A stretch of DNA of 44,381 bases from Candidatus Limnocylindria bacterium (lineage in GTDB: Bacteria; Chloroflexota; Limnocylindria; QHBO01): contig DASURX010000051.1 in assembly GCA_036375355.1 (NCBI GenBank), positions 1-44,381 of the forward strand, written 5' to 3'. The position numbers and the translations under genes were made by a program. Shown piece by piece: positions 42,090-44,381 of this stretch. Every line of letters begins with the position of its first letter. Positions within the stretch are counted from its first letter, which is position 1. Below the pieces are notes generated by a model. That model searched no databases, was not told the origin of the DNA, and worked only from the letters and a program-made list of their open reading frames with translations.

Positions 42090-42482
42090 ATGAGAAAGCG
42101 GAACGCGTCGCCGCGCACCGAGCAGCTGAGCGTCGGGTTCGAAGGGCTCGACGTCCTGCCACCGCCCATGCACGAGCCGGCGCCGGACACCATGCGCCAG
42201 ATCGTGTCGCTGCGCATGCCGGACGCCCTGATGGAGCGGGTCGAGGCGGCGGCACACGCGCGTGGCGTCTCGCCGTCGAGCCTGATGCGCGCGCTGATCG
42301 CCGCGGGGCTGGACCGCTCCTACGCGGCGGTGCAGGAGGACGTGGGTTCCGAGATCGTGGCGCTGCGGCGCGAGGTGGCGGAGATCGCCGCCCGCCTCGG
42401 CATCGGTCCAACGGCTCAAGGGGTGGAGGCCGCAAGCACGGGCAACGGCAGCGTGGGTGTCGAGCGCACGGCGGACGCCTAG
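42090..42482 (+). CDS. Hypothetical ribbon-helix-helix (CopG/Arc/MetJ-like) protein
   Basis: 130 aa. It has a disordered N-terminus, then an RHH-like segment IVSLRMPDALMERVEAAAHARGVSPSSLMRALIAAGL, then a helical tail. The TAG stop abuts the nadK ATG (TAGATG). Confidence 0.6.
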   Translation: MRKRNASPRTEQLSVGFEGLDVLPPPMHEPAPDTMRQIVSLRMPDALMERVEAAAHARGVSPSSLMRALIAAGLDRSYAAVQEDVGSEIVALRREVAEIAARLGIGPTAQGVEAASTGNGSVGVERTADA

Positions 42483-43316
42483 ATGCGCATCGGCTTCGCC
42501 TACAACCCCACCGATCCCGACGCTGCCGCCGTGCTCGAGCGTGCCCTGGCCTGGTGCGCCGCCCACGGCGTGGACGCCTGGCAGAGCGCTGCCGAGGAGA
42601 AGGAGGCGATCGGGGCTGCGTCGGCGGAGACCGACTTCATCTGCGTCCTGGGCGGTGACGGCACCTTCCTGCGCACGGCGGGCGCGATCGGCGACTCCGG
42701 CGTGCCGACGCTGGGCGTCAACCTGGGCCGGGTCGGCTTCCTGGCCAAGGTGGAGACCGATGGGCTGGAGCGCGCCCTCGACCAGCTGGCGAGCGGCGAC
42801 TTCAGCCTGGAGGAGCGCTTCCGCATTGCCGCCACGCTCGTCACCGGCGACGGCCGAAGCGAGACGCACGCATGCCTGAACGAGGTCGTGCTCGCGCGCG
42901 GGCAGCACGTGCGCATGATCCAGGTCGAGGTCGACGTCAGCGGCAGCCACCTGGCCACCTACGTGGCCGATGGCGTGGTGGTCGCCACGCCGACCGGCTC
43001 GACCGCCTACTCCTTCTCGGCCGGCGGCTCGATCCTGGACCCGCGGCTGCGCAACATGGTGATCACCCCGGTTGCCGCCTACCTCACCGCGCTGCACAGC
43101 GTGGTCGCCGGCGAGGACCACGTCGTGAGCCTGCGGCTGCGGAACGCGGGAAGCGGCGCGGTGGTCTCATTCGACGGTCAGGGCGACATTCCGCTGCGCG
43201 ACGGCGATCGCGTGGAGGTGCGCGCCCTGGCGAAGCCGCTGCGCCTGGTGGAGCCGACCGGCTCGACGCCCTTCTACGACCTGCTGCGGACCAAGGCGTC
43301 CCGGCTGCCGTACTGA
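42483..43316 (+). CDS. nadK: NAD kinase
   Basis: Motifs: ICVLGGDGTFLRTA, GVNLGRVGFLA, DGVVVATPTGSTAYSFSAGG. Confidence 0.95.
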   Translation: MRIGFAYNPTDPDAAAVLERALAWCAAHGVDAWQSAAEEKEAIGAASAETDFICVLGGDGTFLRTAGAIGDSGVPTLGVNLGRVGFLAKVETDGLERALDQLASGDFSLEERFRIAATLVTGDGRSETHACLNEVVLARGQHVRMIQVEVDVSGSHLATYVADGVVVATPTGSTAYSFSAGGSILDPRLRNMVITPVAAYLTALHSVVAGEDHVVSLRLRNAGSGAVVSFDGQGDIPLRDGDRVEVRALAKPLRLVEPTGSTPFYDLLRTKASRLPY

Positions 43317-43329
43317 GCCCGCCCACCGC

Positions 43330-44381
43330 ATGGCGCTGCTCGAGCTGACCGTCGAGAACCTGGCGGTCATCGAACGCGCCCGCCTGGCCCTGGCACCGGG
43401 CTTCACGGTGCTCACCGGGGAGACGGGCGCCGGCAAGTCGCTGGTGGTCGACGCGCTGGCGCTCGCGCTCGGCGCGCGGGCGACGAGCGAGCTGGTCCGG
43501 GCGGGGACCGATGCCGTTCGCGTCGAGGCCGTCTTCGACGCGGTCGCAGCGGCCGACGACGACCCGCTGGCCGACGCGATCGCCGCGGGCGAGGGCCAGG
43601 CCATCGTGCGGCGCGAGGTGAGCGCCGACGGCCGCTCCCTGGTGCGCGTCAACGATCGCAGCGTGACGGTCGGCGGCCTCGCCTCGCTCGGAACGCGGCT
43701 GGCGGAGATCCACGGCCAGCACGAGCAGCAACGCCTGCTGGAGCCGGACCGGCAGCTGGCGCTGCTCGACCGCTTCGGCGAGCACGCCGCGCTGGTGAAT
43801 GCCGTCGGCGACGCGCACCGCGCCTGGCGCGCGGTCGTGGCCCGGGCGTCCGAGCTGCTCACCGACGCGCACGAGCTCGCCAGGCGCACGGAGCTGCTGC
43901 GCCACCAGGCCGACGAGATTGCCGCAGCGCGGCTGCGGCCGGGGGAGGATGAGGAGCTCGAGCGCCAGCTGCGCGCCGCCGTGCACGCCGAGACGATCGC
44001 CCGGGCAGCCGCGGACGCGCTCGCCGCGCTGCGCGACGACGAGGCCGGGCTGGACGCCCTGCGCCGGGTGCGCGCCTCGCTGGGTGCCGCGGCCGCGCAC
44101 GATGAGCGCTTCGCCGCGCTGGAGGAGCGCGCCGCCGGCCTGGAGGCCGAGGCGGGCGAGCTGGCGCGCGACATGGCGGATGCCGCGGAGCGGATCGACC
44201 TCGATCCGGCCACACGAGTGGCGGCCGAGGAGCGCCTGGCCCTGCTCTACGACCTGAAGCGCAAGTACGGGGAGAGCCTCGACGCCGTCATCGCCTTCGG
44301 GGAGGAGGCGGCCGGCGAGCTGGTGCGGCTGGAGGACCAGGAAGGGATGCGCGTGCGGCTGCGCGCCGACGAGCTGAGCCT
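43330..44381 (+). CDS. recN: DNA repair protein RecN, N-terminal about 350 codons (3' end lies outside the window)
   Basis: This gene is not in the ORF track because it runs off the window. My own translation from the ATG at 43330 gives MALLELTVENLAVIERARLALAPGFTVLTGETGAGKSLVVDALALALGARA. That contains the Walker A motif and is followed by a coiled-coil region. Confidence 0.92.
   Translation, partial: MALLELTVENLAVIERARLALAPGFTVLTGETGAGKSLVVDALALALGARATSELVRAGTDAVRVEAVFDAVAAADDDPLADAIAAGEGQAIVRREVSADGRSLVRVNDRSVTVGGLASLGTRLAEIHGQHEQQRLLEPDRQLALLDRFGEHAALVNAVGDAHRAWRAVVARASELLTDAHELARRTELLRHQADEIAAARLRPGEDEELERQLRAAVHAETIARAAADALAALRDDEAGLDALRRVRASLGAAAAHDERFAALEERAAGLEAEAGELARDMADAAERIDLDPATRVAAEERLALLYDLKRKYGESLDAVIAFGEEAAGELVRLEDQEGMRVRLRADELS

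Noticed and set aside
1-44381. tRNA, rRNA, tmRNA, RNase P, CRISPR arrays, IS elements and known defence systems
   Set aside because: All intergenic spacers are 130 nt or shorter. None shows cloverleaf-like or repeat-spacer structure. No transposase, Cas, restriction-modification, toxin-antitoxin or other recognisable defence genes were seen in any frame.

Overview
The window is very GC-rich (about 70% by eye) and densely coding. I could support 40 protein-coding features; 35 lie on the + strand and 5 on the - strand. I found no tRNA, rRNA, CRISPR array, IS element or prophage. The backbone is housekeeping and follows a Bacillus-like gene order despite the high GC: comM-dprA-topA-xerC, relA-hisS-aspS, nifS/iscS-mnmA, alaS-ruvX-mltG, pepP-efp, and xseA-xseB-dxs-tlyA-nadK-recN. 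That pattern suggests a high-GC Terrabacteria lineage such as Chloroflexota/Thermomicrobia, but this is only a guess. Many neighbouring genes are fused by ATGA or GTGA start/stop overlaps. Many operon-first genes carry a TAnnnT hexamer 6-10 nt upstream of the start codon and have no Shine-Dalgarno sequence, which fits leaderless mRNAs. The interesting material is what has been wedged into this conserved backbone:

1. An FtsA-like actin-fold ATPase and a 545-aa bitopic membrane protein with a baseplate-J-like ectodomain lie between alaS and ruvX-mltG. This is my best candidate for an undescribed envelope or cytoskeletal module.
2. A peptidoglycan cross-bridge locus has three FemAB-family paralogues interleaved with murJ, an out-of-dcw murE carrying a variant DNPR motif, and an antisense APH-like kinase.
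3. A solitary ectC lies tail-to-tail with a CBS-BON gene.
4. The EF-P has Arg32 at the modification loop tip.
5. An internally deleted maltose-O-acetyltransferase relic lies between dxs and tlyA.
6. A ribbon-helix-helix protein is inserted between tlyA and nadK.
7. A GNAT sits where ispA normally lies.
8. Several uncharacterised membrane proteins are present.

All functional calls come from reading motifs in the supplied translations. No database search was run.
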